Assembly: GCA_029775925.1 (NCBI GenBank)
Contig: JARVKB010000009.1
Coordinates: 11,283-75,282, forward strand
DNA: 64,000 nucleotides
Source of the DNA: Nitrososphaeria archaeon
GTDB taxonomy: Archaea; Thermoproteota; Nitrososphaeria; Nitrososphaerales; JACAEJ01
Direction: 5' to 3'
Part shown: one piece after another, positions 47,884 to 57,208 of the stretch
Numbering within the stretch: position 1 is the stretch's first letter
Layout of the letters: each line of letters opens with the position of its first letter
The notes under the pieces: generated by a model
Database searches by the model: none
Told to the model about the DNA's origin: nothing
The model's input: only the letters and a program-made list of their open reading frames with translations
Translations under genes and position numbers: made by a program

Positions 47884-48089
47884 TTCTCTCGCTCCAATCT
47901 AGGCATGAGATCATATAGAATCAAGTATTAAAATTCTAAGCTATTTATCTGCTTAATTAGCCTTAGCTATTGCATAAGATGATAGAATTGGAATTTTAAT
48001 AAAATGCTGTCCAATTTCTGGACAAAGAGTATCAAAGATCAGGATAAAATACACTACATCCCCAATATAATCAGAAAAGTGATGCCAGA

Positions 48090-49865
48090 ATGGAGAGGGA
48101 GATAAATAGAAAGGTGGTAAGCTATAGCGTTGTAGCAGTGCTCTTAGCCATTCTACTTGCTACGAGCATATACTATAGTCCTAACTTTCTACCTAGTTTT
48201 GAATATTATTTTCCAGAGCTTAGAACTTTTTCAAGCTATTCTGAACTTAAATACTTTCTTAAAACAAAGATGGAGCAATCTATAAGCTCCAAAGGATTTT
48301 ATGCTTACAACACTTTTATGGATAGCTTTAAATCTTCTCCAGAGTATTCAACAACAAATATTCAAGTTGCAGGTGTAGATGAAGCAGATATCGTGAAGAC
48401 AGATGGAGAGTATTTATATTTAGTTTCAAAAAACAACATCTACATAATAAGAGCTTATCCTCCCGAGCAAGCAGAAATAATCTCAAAGATCAATTTGAAT
48501 GAGACTCACGGTCTAGAGATTTACATAAATGGTGATAGATTGATCGTCTTAGGAGCTTGCTATGCTCCTTCAATTTTTGATTCTAAGATCGATGATATCT
48601 ATCTACCATATTTAAGTGCTGAAAAATCCTTCGTCAATGTTTATGATATTACAAAAAGAGAGGAACCTGTTTTAAAGAGAATGGTAAGCCTAAATGGAAC
48701 CATCTTAGGCTCAAGAATGATAGGCAATTATGTTTACGTTGTGTTCAATCAGATATCTACAATCCCTAAAATTAATGGGATAGACTTCGAGGTTAATTTA
48801 CCGAAGATAAATTCTAATGGCAATATCATAGAAGTAAAGCCATATGAAATAAGCTATATCGATGTCCCAAACCTTTACTACTACTTTAGTACTATTTTAG
48901 CCATCAACGTCCAAAACGATGAGCAAGAGCTCACCTATGAGACAATTCTAACAGGGATGGCATCAATAATATATGCTTCTTTGAACAATATATACCTAGT
49001 AATTCCTAATACAAATTTCTTAATCTCAAGTATAGGAAACGAAGAGACGCTTATTTATAGAATAAGATTAAATGAAGAGAAGATCGTTAGTGAGGCTCAA
49101 GGTTCAGTTCCAGGTTACGTACTAAATCAATTTAGCATAGATGAGTATGATGGATTCTTTAGAATAGCGACAACGAAATGGACGAGCATAGGTCAAGAGA
49201 ACGATTTATACATACTCGATATGAGGCTTAATATAGTTGGAGAACTTAAAGGATTAGCCCCTAATGAAAGGATTTATTCAGCAAGATTTATGAACGATAG
49301 ATGCTATCTCGTAACCTTCAGGCAAGTCGACCCTTTCTTTGTGATAGATTTAAGCAACCCTATGGAACCCAAGGTTTTGGGCTACTTGAAGATACCTGGC
49401 TTCTCGAGCTACCTTCACCCTTACGATGAGAATAATATAATAGGTATTGGTATGGAAGAAAGCAGGGTAAAGTTATCTCTTTTCGATGTCACAAATGTTA
49501 GTGCGCCTATAGAGAAAGCAAAGTTCACTATGCCAGGGCAGTGGTCTGATACTCCAGTTATTAATGAGCATAAAGCATTCTTTTTTGATAAAAAAAGGCA
49601 ATTATTAGCCCTACCAGTCTCGATCTTTTATGTAAGTGATGGACTCGATAGGAAATGGCAGGGTGCATTTATTTTTGATCTGTCCATCGATCAGGGTTTC
49701 ATACTTAAAGGTAGTATAACTCATCAGACCGATGGATTTGAATATGATTTACAAGTGAGGAGAATACTATACATCGATGAAGCCATCTACACAATATCAG
49801 ATGGAAAGGTAAAGATAAACAACATTGGAGATTTATCGATGATAAAAGCCATTAATCTTCTCTAA
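48090..49865 (+). CDS. Secreted beta-propeller domain protein (Beta_propel family)
   Basis: N-terminal anchor, then STTNIQVAGVDEADIVKTDGEYLY and a later YSARFMNDRCYLVTFRQVDPFFVIDLSNP, typical of this family. Confidence 0.65.
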   Translation: MEREINRKVVSYSVVAVLLAILLATSIYYSPNFLPSFEYYFPELRTFSSYSELKYFLKTKMEQSISSKGFYAYNTFMDSFKSSPEYSTTNIQVAGVDEADIVKTDGEYLYLVSKNNIYIIRAYPPEQAEIISKINLNETHGLEIYINGDRLIVLGACYAPSIFDSKIDDIYLPYLSAEKSFVNVYDITKREEPVLKRMVSLNGTILGSRMIGNYVYVVFNQISTIPKINGIDFEVNLPKINSNGNIIEVKPYEISYIDVPNLYYYFSTILAINVQNDEQELTYETILTGMASIIYASLNNIYLVIPNTNFLISSIGNEETLIYRIRLNEEKIVSEAQGSVPGYVLNQFSIDEYDGFFRIATTKWTSIGQENDLYILDMRLNIVGELKGLAPNERIYSARFMNDRCYLVTFRQVDPFFVIDLSNPMEPKVLGYLKIPGFSSYLHPYDENNIIGIGMEESRVKLSLFDVTNVSAPIEKAKFTMPGQWSDTPVINEHKAFFFDKKRQLLALPVSIFYVSDGLDRKWQGAFIFDLSIDQGFILKGSITHQTDGFEYDLQVRRILYIDEAIYTISDGKVKINNIGDLSMIKAINLL

Positions 49866-49894
49866 AATATTTTTATCCATATTTTCACGAAAGA

Positions 49895-49922
49895 TTTATA
49901 ATCTACGACTTTATCGTAGATT
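49895..49922 (+). promoter_or_regulatory. TATA-like box plus perfect 9-bp inverted repeat (candidate DtxR-family operator)
   Basis: TTTATAA at 49895..49901. AATCTACGA (49900..49908), spacer CTTTA, then TCGTAGATT (49914..49922), ending 1 nt before the ATG at 49924. Confidence 0.45.
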
Positions 49923-49923
49923 T

Positions 49924-50607
49924 ATGAGTAAAAAATTATCTGAAATGCAGGAAGAGTACCTTGAATTCATCTATAAGTTAGAGGAAAGAGAAGGAGTTGC
50001 TAGAACTGGAAGAATAGCCAAAGAGTTTAATGTAGCTCTTGGGACTGTTACTAATACTATAGCAAACCTTAAGAAGATGGGTCTTCTTACTCATAAACCT
50101 TATCTTGGAATTAAGCTGACAGAAAAAGGTCGAAAGATAGCTTCAGAAATTATTAGAAGACATAGATTATCAGAGAGGTTGCTTGCGGATGTTCTTAAAA
50201 TCCCTTGGAGTGCAACTCATAATATAGCGTGCAAGCTAGAGCATATCATCAACGAAAATTTAACTGAAGCTATTGAGAAAATCCTTCAATATCCCAAGAC
50301 TTGTCCACACGGAAATCCTGTACCAGATAAGAACGGAAAAATTTTGAAGGATAAATATGAAGCTTTGAGCGGCGTACCATTAAAGTCAAAAGGTAAAATA
50401 ATGAGAATAGTTAATGAAAATGAGAAAGTGTTAAAGTATATTTCAGATCTTGGTTTAATGCCTGGAGTAGAAGTTGAAGTGGAGGAAAAGACATCTTCAG
50501 GGAGAATTATTGTCAAAGTTTCTGGAGTAAGATACTCTATAGGAAAAGAGGTCTCATCATCTATATATGTTGATAAGGAGTCGATGAATTTAGCCACTAT
50601 AGGTTAA
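49924..50607 (+). CDS. DtxR/IdeR/MntR-family metal-dependent repressor with a C-terminal FeoA/SH3-like domain
   Basis: QEEYLEFIYKL...ARTGRIAKEFNVALGTVTNTI HTH; RRHRLSERLL dimerisation helix; CPHGNP metal-site motif. Confidence 0.85.
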   Translation: MSKKLSEMQEEYLEFIYKLEEREGVARTGRIAKEFNVALGTVTNTIANLKKMGLLTHKPYLGIKLTEKGRKIASEIIRRHRLSERLLADVLKIPWSATHNIACKLEHIINENLTEAIEKILQYPKTCPHGNPVPDKNGKILKDKYEALSGVPLKSKGKIMRIVNENEKVLKYISDLGLMPGVEVEVEEKTSSGRIIVKVSGVRYSIGKEVSSSIYVDKESMNLATIG

Positions 50608-50652
50608 GCCATTCATTTCACTCTAAAAAGATTTAGAAAGGAGGATGGCCCT

Positions 50653-50928
50653 ATGGAAAAAAGAAGAGAGATAGAGAAAAAAGAAGTGCCTTTAACCGCA
50701 TTAAGAGATGGAGAAAAAGGAACGATAACTTCTATAGAAGTAAGCTATGGAAGATGCTTAGGATTTGAAAAACGGCTCATGGACCTTGGTCTAATACCAG
50801 GTACTGAAGTGATCGTTGTCAAGTCAGCTCCTTTCAAAGGTCCGTTAGAAGTCTCTGTTAAAGGTTCAAGGTTTGCTCTAGGTCGAGGTGTAGCAAGAAG
50901 AATTTTTGTAGTGAAAAATAATGTCTAA
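50653..50928 (+). CDS. feoA: Ferrous iron transport protein A
   Basis: LMDLGLIPGTEVIVVKSAPFKGPLEV is the FeoA SH3-like pattern. It overlaps feoB by 8 nt. Confidence 0.8.
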   Translation: MEKRREIEKKEVPLTALRDGEKGTITSIEVSYGRCLGFEKRLMDLGLIPGTEVIVVKSAPFKGPLEVSVKGSRFALGRGVARRIFVVKNNV

Positions 50929-52861
50929 AGGAAGACTGACTATCGCGTTGGCTGGAAATGCAAATGTTGGCAAGTCTGTCATATTCAACCATTTAACGGG
51001 CTTACATCAACATATAGGAAATTGGCCTGGAAAGACTGTTGAGAGGGCTGAGGGAACTCTTCACTTTAAAGGTTACACGATAGACATAATAGATCTGCCA
51101 GGAATATATTCACTTTCAACTTATTCTATAGAAGAATTAATTTCAAGAAAATACATTGTAGTCGAAAGACCGGATCTAGTGATAAACGTTGTAGATGCTT
51201 CGGTTCTTGAGAGAAATCTATTCCTTACATTACAATTAATGGAGCTTGAAATTCCTATGATCATAGCTCTAAATCAAATGGATATAGCAAAGAAAAAAGG
51301 CATCAATATTGATGTAGAAAAATTAGAAAAGCTTCTTGGAGTGCCAGTAATACCGACTATTGCTATAAAAGGAGTTGGTATATTCAAGCTTTTAGAAAAA
51401 GCGATAGAGATAATCGAAAAAGGACAAAATGCAAGAAGAATCAGAGTGGAATATGGGAAAGAAGTTGAAGAGAGAATTGCAAAACTCACAAAGATAGTTG
51501 AAGGAACACAATTTTTCTATCCATCTAGATACACAGCGATTAAGCTCTTAGAAGGAGATGAGGAGATTGAGAGAATGATCAAAAAGATGGATCCAAAAAT
51601 AACAGAGATGGCAAAAAAACTTGCAAATGAGCTCGAGAATATTCATGGGCATTCTTGCTCAACTATAATGAGTTCTGAGCGATACGAGGTTGCTGGTTGT
51701 ATTGCTAGACAAGTTCAAAGTATTATACCTCCTATAGAGCCTACAATAGAAGAAAGGTTTCATGCCATTACAACTCATAAAATTATAGGATATATTATTA
51801 TGACATTTTTATTACTTCTAACTTTCTATTCAATTTTTACTTTTGGAGGGTACACTTCAAACTTGTTGAGCAATATATTTTATGGTTGGGAGCCTATCTT
51901 TGAGAGCATATTTGGAAAAGGAATATTAGGAGAATTCGTTTGGGGAGGAGTATTTGAGGGAATTATAGCTGGGACTACGATAGCTTTACCATATATTGCT
52001 CCTTTTTATTTCATACTTTACCTTTTAGAAGATTCAGGGTACATTAGCAGGATAGCCTTCTTAATGGATAATATAATGCATAAAATAGGATTGCATGGAA
52101 AAGCCTTCATACCTATTATTCTTGGCTATGGTTGTAACGTTCCCGCTTGCTTAGCATGCAGGATAATGGAGACAGAAAGGGAGAGGTTTCTTGCAGCTTT
52201 TGTAACAACGCTAGTGCCTTGTGCTGCACGAACCGTCATCATACTCAGTCTAGTAGGTCAATTCATTGGTATTCAATGGGCTTTGATGCTCTATTTATTC
52301 AACCTTTTGATAATATTTGCTTTAGGAAGAATCGCATTTAAAGCTCTACCAGGGGAGCCAACTGCCCTGATTATGGAAATGAGCGATTATAAATTGCCTC
52401 ATTTGAGTACTGCTCTAAAACAAACATGGTTTAGAGTAGTTGAGTTCATAAAGATCGCCTTTCCTTTAATAATCTTAGGTAGCATTACAGTAAAGCTCTT
52501 AGAAATTTTTAGTCTATTTGAAACAATAACTGAGATGCTCAGCCCCATAACAGTAGCATGGTTAGGTTTACCTGCCATAGTTGGAATAACGTTGATATTT
52601 GGCGTGCTTAGGAAAGAGCTGACAATTATTATGCTTGCAACTTTACTTGGAACGACGAATTTTTCAAAAGTTTTTACACCAATTCAAATGATCGTGTTCA
52701 CTTTAGTAGCGATGTTTTATATACCATGTATAGCAACCATCGCTGCTCTGATTAAAGAATTTGGCTTGAAGAAAGCTATTTTTGTAACAGTTTTTGAGAT
52801 CGCCTTTGCAATAATCTTAGGAGGTATTACATTAAGAATTCTTAATGTAATTATAAGTTAA
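50921..52861 (+). CDS. feoB: Ferrous iron transport protein B
   Basis: G-domain (ALAGNANVGKSVIFNHLTG, DLPGIYS, NQMD) followed by a polytopic permease with the GYGCNVPA gate motif. Confidence 0.9.
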   Translation: MSKGRLTIALAGNANVGKSVIFNHLTGLHQHIGNWPGKTVERAEGTLHFKGYTIDIIDLPGIYSLSTYSIEELISRKYIVVERPDLVINVVDASVLERNLFLTLQLMELEIPMIIALNQMDIAKKKGINIDVEKLEKLLGVPVIPTIAIKGVGIFKLLEKAIEIIEKGQNARRIRVEYGKEVEERIAKLTKIVEGTQFFYPSRYTAIKLLEGDEEIERMIKKMDPKITEMAKKLANELENIHGHSCSTIMSSERYEVAGCIARQVQSIIPPIEPTIEERFHAITTHKIIGYIIMTFLLLLTFYSIFTFGGYTSNLLSNIFYGWEPIFESIFGKGILGEFVWGGVFEGIIAGTTIALPYIAPFYFILYLLEDSGYISRIAFLMDNIMHKIGLHGKAFIPIILGYGCNVPACLACRIMETERERFLAAFVTTLVPCAARTVIILSLVGQFIGIQWALMLYLFNLLIIFALGRIAFKALPGEPTALIMEMSDYKLPHLSTALKQTWFRVVEFIKIAFPLIILGSITVKLLEIFSLFETITEMLSPITVAWLGLPAIVGITLIFGVLRKELTIIMLATLLGTTNFSKVFTPIQMIVFTLVAMFYIPCIATIAALIKEFGLKKAIFVTVFEIAFAIILGGITLRILNVIIS

Positions 52862-52914
52862 TAATATGGATAAAATATCTATAGTTTTAAAGACGAAATT
52901 ATAATTTATCAGAT

Positions 52915-53550
52915 ATGTTCAAGAATCGTTTAGAAGCAGGAAAGATCCTTGCTGAAGCACTATCAGAATACAAAAATAAAGATACAATAGTACTGGCAAT
53001 TCCAAGAGGAGGGGTTGTAGTAGCTTACGAAGTAGCTAAGGCATTAAATGCTCCTCTCGATCTTATAATACCGAGAAAGATAGGAGCACCAGATCAGCCT
53101 GAACTTGCTATCGGTGCTGTTACAGAGGATGGCACAACGATTCTAAATCAAGATATAATTCAAAATTTAAAAGTGCCAGAAGAGTATATAAAAGCTGAAG
53201 TAAAACGCCAATTAGAAGAGATTGAAAGAAGAATTAAAAAATATCTTGGGGATAAGCCGAGAATCCCTATAAGGGGAAAGATTGTAATATTAATAGATGA
53301 TGGTGTAGCTACTGGCGCTACAATAAAAGCAGCCATAGCATCTATAAGAAAAAGAGAGCCAGCTTTGATAGTTTTAGCGATACCTGTAGGACCAAAGGAT
53401 ACTATAAGAGAGTTGAGAAAATATACTGATAAAGTAGTTTGCTTGATGATGCCCGAGCCTTTCTTTGCCATAGGGCAGTTCTATGAAAATTTTGATCAAA
53501 TCAGTGATGAGGAAGTCATTCAGATCTTAAATAAGTTTAGGTTTGTTTGA
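52915..53550 (+). CDS. Phosphoribosyltransferase-domain protein
   Basis: VILIDDGVATGATIKAA is the PRPP-binding motif. Confidence 0.75.
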   Translation: MFKNRLEAGKILAEALSEYKNKDTIVLAIPRGGVVVAYEVAKALNAPLDLIIPRKIGAPDQPELAIGAVTEDGTTILNQDIIQNLKVPEEYIKAEVKRQLEEIERRIKKYLGDKPRIPIRGKIVILIDDGVATGATIKAAIASIRKREPALIVLAIPVGPKDTIRELRKYTDKVVCLMMPEPFFAIGQFYENFDQISDEEVIQILNKFRFV

Positions 53551-53704
53551 ATTCTTCATACGCTTCTTTTAACCTTTCTGATATAACTTCAGCTTTCTTT
53601 CTTGCCTTGTTTGCACTACAATTTTCTAAATGCTTCTCATAATCAGTTATTTTAGAGAAAGTTGCACCACATTGAATACATTTCTTTTTAAAACCTGTCG
53701 TCAT
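53537..53704 (-). CDS. Small (55 aa) C2HC zinc-finger protein with classical C2H2 spacing; not in the ORF track
   Basis: My translation is MTTGFKKKCIQCGATFSKITDYEKHLENCSANKARKKAEVISERLKEAYEEFKQT*. The pattern C-x2-C-x3-F-x5-Y-x2-H-x3-C is followed by a basic helix. Confidence 0.4.
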   Translation of the reverse strand: MTTGFKKKCIQCGATFSKITDYEKHLENCSANKARKKAEVISERLKEAYEEFKQT

Positions 53705-53755
53705 AACTAATCAAGTAATTTAATCATCACAAGTATATATTGGTTATTTTAAGAT

Positions 53756-54178
53756 CTATTCACCGATTATCTGTATCACTAGTTCTCTCGATCTACTACG
53801 AATATCTAACTCTATGAAGATTATTTGTTGCCATGTACCAAGAATCAATTTTTTATCTTTAAAGGGTATTGTTAGGCTTGGGCCTATTAAAGATGCTCTC
53901 ACATGAGAGTGGCCGTTATGGTCATGCCATCTTTTTTCGTGCTCATAATCTATATTCTTTGGGGCTATTCTCTCAAGTAAGTTTTGAAAATCCTTCAACA
54001 ACCCGTGTTCATATTCTATAGTTGTTAAAGCTCCTGTAGAGCCAGGAACGAATATTGTTACTATCCCATCTTTAACATCTACTTCATTTATAATATCAGA
54101 TACAGCATTTGTTATATCGATCATATCGAGCTCTCCTTTTGTTCTTATATTGAGGAATTTTGTTAAAATCATACGCAT
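53756..54178 (-). CDS. yjbQ: YjbQ/UPF0047-family protein
   Basis: GSTGALTTIEYE ... NGHSHVRASLIGPSLTIP ... LGTWQQIIFIELD is the UPF0047 pattern. Confidence 0.8.
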   Translation of the reverse strand: MRMILTKFLNIRTKGELDMIDITNAVSDIINEVDVKDGIVTIFVPGSTGALTTIEYEHGLLKDFQNLLERIAPKNIDYEHEKRWHDHNGHSHVRASLIGPSLTIPFKDKKLILGTWQQIIFIELDIRSRSRELVIQIIGE

Positions 54179-54228
54179 CTAAAATTCTTTAGAATTTTAA
54201 GCCCCATAAATAGATATTATTGGAAAAT

Positions 54229-54699
54229 TTAGTAAGGCTTCCTTCTCCAAACTCTTAAAGTTTCATACCAAAAGATGATAGTTGCAATGGTCATGGATAA
54301 TAAAGCAAAAACGTTCAATGCTCCAGCATACTGATAAACGTAAGCAATCAATAAAGTTGAGAAAAAAGATGCATAAAAAGAATAGCGAGGCAGCATAAAT
54401 TTACCTATCTTAGTGAAGAATTGGAGAATACCGACTTCAACATATTCTTTCAAAAAATATCTACCATACTCATCCTTTTCCAAAAGCCCTAGTGAGATTA
54501 ATTTATCCAGATGATGATGAGCAATGCTCGGGCTTGAAAACCTTAGTGCTCTTTGAACTTCTCTAATACCAACGGGACTGTTTCTCTTTATCATGTACCA
54601 ATAAACTAGAAGGGTTTTTCCTTTTAGTTCAGCCTCTATCTTATTAACACTCTTTTCTTTGCTTTTATCACTCAAAGCGATAGATAAAAAGTAAGGCAT
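54229..54699 (-). CDS. Membrane-anchored winged-helix DNA-binding protein (paralog of 42591..43028)
   Basis: GIREVQRALRFSSPSIAHHHLDKLISLGLL wHTH, FFTKIGKFMLPRYSFYAS, two TM helices and a WYETLRVW tail. Confidence 0.6.
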   Translation of the reverse strand: MPYFLSIALSDKSKEKSVNKIEAELKGKTLLVYWYMIKRNSPVGIREVQRALRFSSPSIAHHHLDKLISLGLLEKDEYGRYFLKEYVEVGILQFFTKIGKFMLPRYSFYASFFSTLLIAYVYQYAGALNVFALLSMTIATIIFWYETLRVWRRKPY

Positions 54700-54763
54700 C
54701 TTTATATCTGTTTTATAACAAACGATAAATACAAAGATTTAGAATTTAATCATTATTTTAAAA

Positions 54764-55831
54764 ATGAAGATCATGATAGACAAAGAAATTTTAAAATTTA
54801 AATGTGTAAAAGAAAGTTCATTATATACAAAGAAAGGGGATAGGGTTCGTTGTGATCTTTGTGAGAGAAGATGTCATATCCCTTTGAACGGATTAGGATT
54901 TTGCAAGACGAGAGCGAATATAGATGGTAAATTGTATACTTTAGTTTATGGAGATATATCATCCATATCTTCAAATCCTATAGAGAAGAAGCCTTTCTAT
55001 CACTATTATCCTGGTAGCTATGCTTTAACAATTGGTACGTGGAGCTGTAATTTTACATGCCCGTGGTGTCAAAATTATGATATAAGCAAATACTATCCTG
55101 AACCTTACAGAGCCAATTATATGAGTCCTGAGAATTTTGTAAATTTAGCATTATCAGAAGGATGTCAAGGAGTATCATTTTCTTTTAACGAACCTACTTT
55201 ATTGTTCGATTATGCTATAGACGTATTTCCTTTAGCAAGAAAAAAGAACATGTATACGAATTATGTCTCAAATGGTTACATGACATTAGAAGCTTTAATA
55301 GCTTTAAAAGAAGCCGGGATGGACGCTATAAAATTCGATGTGAAAGGTAATTCTGATGCTGTAAGGAAATTTTGTGCAGCTAAAGTTGAGATAGTATGGA
55401 GAAATGTGAGAGAAGCCAAAAAGATTGGATTACATGTAGAGGTTGTGAATTTGATAATACCAAAAGTCAACGATGATGAATCCAGCATAAGAGAACTGGT
55501 TCAAAGGCATATAAAAGAGGCAAGTGAATATACTCCATTGCATTTTACTCGCTTTTATCCAGCATATAAAATGGTAGATATAGCATCAACACCCGTAAGA
55601 ACTTTAGAAAGAGCTCATGAGATCGCTAAAAAGGAAGGTTTGCAATATGCATATATAGGAAATGTTCCTGGCCATAAGTTTGAGAATACTTATTGCCATA
55701 ATTGTAATGAGTTATTGATAAAAAGATTTGGCTTCTTAATAATCAAATATTCTTTAACTCGTGATAAAAAATGCCCTAAGTGCAGAGAAGAGATACCTAT
55801 ATTTGGCAATTATGTGAATTATTTATGCTAA
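54764..55831 (+). CDS. AmmeMemoRadiSam-system-type radical SAM enzyme (PflA-like)
   Basis: N-terminal CDLCERRCHIPLNGLGFCKTR, cluster motif GTWSCNFTCPWCQN and C-terminal CHNCN...CPKC, as recalled for this family. Confidence 0.7.
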   Translation: MKIMIDKEILKFKCVKESSLYTKKGDRVRCDLCERRCHIPLNGLGFCKTRANIDGKLYTLVYGDISSISSNPIEKKPFYHYYPGSYALTIGTWSCNFTCPWCQNYDISKYYPEPYRANYMSPENFVNLALSEGCQGVSFSFNEPTLLFDYAIDVFPLARKKNMYTNYVSNGYMTLEALIALKEAGMDAIKFDVKGNSDAVRKFCAAKVEIVWRNVREAKKIGLHVEVVNLIIPKVNDDESSIRELVQRHIKEASEYTPLHFTRFYPAYKMVDIASTPVRTLERAHEIAKKEGLQYAYIGNVPGHKFENTYCHNCNELLIKRFGFLIIKYSLTRDKKCPKCREEIPIFGNYVNYLC

Positions 55832-56658
55832 ATCAGACTGGATAGATGACCAAGATAACTACCATCTAGTAGGTAAATTTCTGATTCATTTAATTTCAAG
55901 CATCTTGAACAGAGCAAAGGACCGAGAAGAGAAGCATAATTCATATTTATAGCATTCCCACCTAACAATGGGTTAAAATTTGGCATTATTATTACTTTTG
56001 GATCTCCGAAATTAAAACCAAAATGATCTTTGAAAGATTTGATAGGATCTGCACCAATTTTTAACTTTAAGTACTTTAGAAAGGATTTAGCTAACCTTTT
56101 CCTATCTAATTTTGCCATAACCCAGACAGGCTCTTCTATTCTAAAGTTATTCTCTCTAAATTCTATTGTGAGATGGTTATGGCCCATTATCAATACATCA
56201 CAACTGAAGAGCTCAGGGTAGGGCCATGCATGACCATGGATAAGGGCATAGGATTCTTTATCATTAAAGATAGATATGCCTTTTGAAGAATGGACTTTTA
56301 TTTCCTTAGGCAACAATGCTTTCAAGCCTCCGTCATGATTTCCCTTAACAATTTCTATGGACTTGACCAAATCCTTCAGCTTTTGGAAGAATTGAGGAAT
56401 ATCGAACCGTTCTTGTGGCACTATCTTTAGAGTACCGTGCTTTACATCGCCAAGTATTATTATCCTATCTACTGAAAATTTTTCTACTATTGATTTTATT
56501 TTATCAAAGATTTTTTGAGTTTGAGATGGTATGTTTATCCCTTTTGATGATAATACTGTCTCAAACCCTAGATGCAAATCAGATATTATGAGAATTTTAT
56601 CTGAGGAAGTTTCTAATAAAAGAGCTGGCTCATCAGGAACTATCCTTAGCATAATCAA
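55828..56658 (-). CDS. Calcineurin-like metallophosphoesterase (archaeal SbcD/Mre11-related family)
   Basis: ISDLHLG, ILGDVKHG, VKGNHDG, IHGHAW and MGHNH are phosphoesterase motifs. Confidence 0.75.
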   Translation of the reverse strand: MIMLRIVPDEPALLLETSSDKILIISDLHLGFETVLSSKGINIPSQTQKIFDKIKSIVEKFSVDRIIILGDVKHGTLKIVPQERFDIPQFFQKLKDLVKSIEIVKGNHDGGLKALLPKEIKVHSSKGISIFNDKESYALIHGHAWPYPELFSCDVLIMGHNHLTIEFRENNFRIEEPVWVMAKLDRKRLAKSFLKYLKLKIGADPIKSFKDHFGFNFGDPKVIIMPNFNPLLGGNAINMNYASLLGPLLCSRCLKLNESEIYLLDGSYLGHLSSLI

Positions 56659-56943
56659 ATATAATAAGAAAATAGGTAAAAAGGTTCCTGAGATCTAATT
56701 AGCAATTAAAAATAATTCTTTGTGGTTTAGCATCAAATTTAATGAATTTTTATTGTTGCTTTATGATAAGAGCTTAGTTAGTACAAAGGATAAAAAGCAG
56801 GAACGTTGGAAAAACTCATATTCAAAGTTTTTAAGCCTTGGCTAGGCAATATAATCTCTTAATCGATCCACACATATTCTTCATTTATTACTCAAAAAGA
56901 AGGCTTTTTAAGTATGTTATGATCTTTAAATTAGGCAAATATT

Positions 56944-57174
56944 ATGAGTGATATAACTTATGAAGAGATAAGAAAGAAGGCAGAAGAGTTTAGAGAGACA
57001 GGCAATGCAGTAATGGACCTTTTGGAGGGAAAGGGCATAGACCCTTTTGAAGCTCTTTTCGTTATTTTACCCATTGCAGTAAGCATAGAAAACAAGCTAG
57101 GATGTATGGGTTTGATCGAATTCTTAATCAAAAAGTTCAGAATAGCTTTGATTTACGATAAGTCTTACAAATGA
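56944..57174 (+). CDS. Small hypothetical protein
   Basis: ORF only. It follows a 285-bp gap. Confidence 0.3.
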   Translation: MSDITYEEIRKKAEEFRETGNAVMDLLEGKGIDPFEALFVILPIAVSIENKLGCMGLIEFLIKKFRIALIYDKSYK

Positions 57175-57208
57175 TATAAAATCGAGTTTCAAAAATCATA
57201 AGCAAAAA

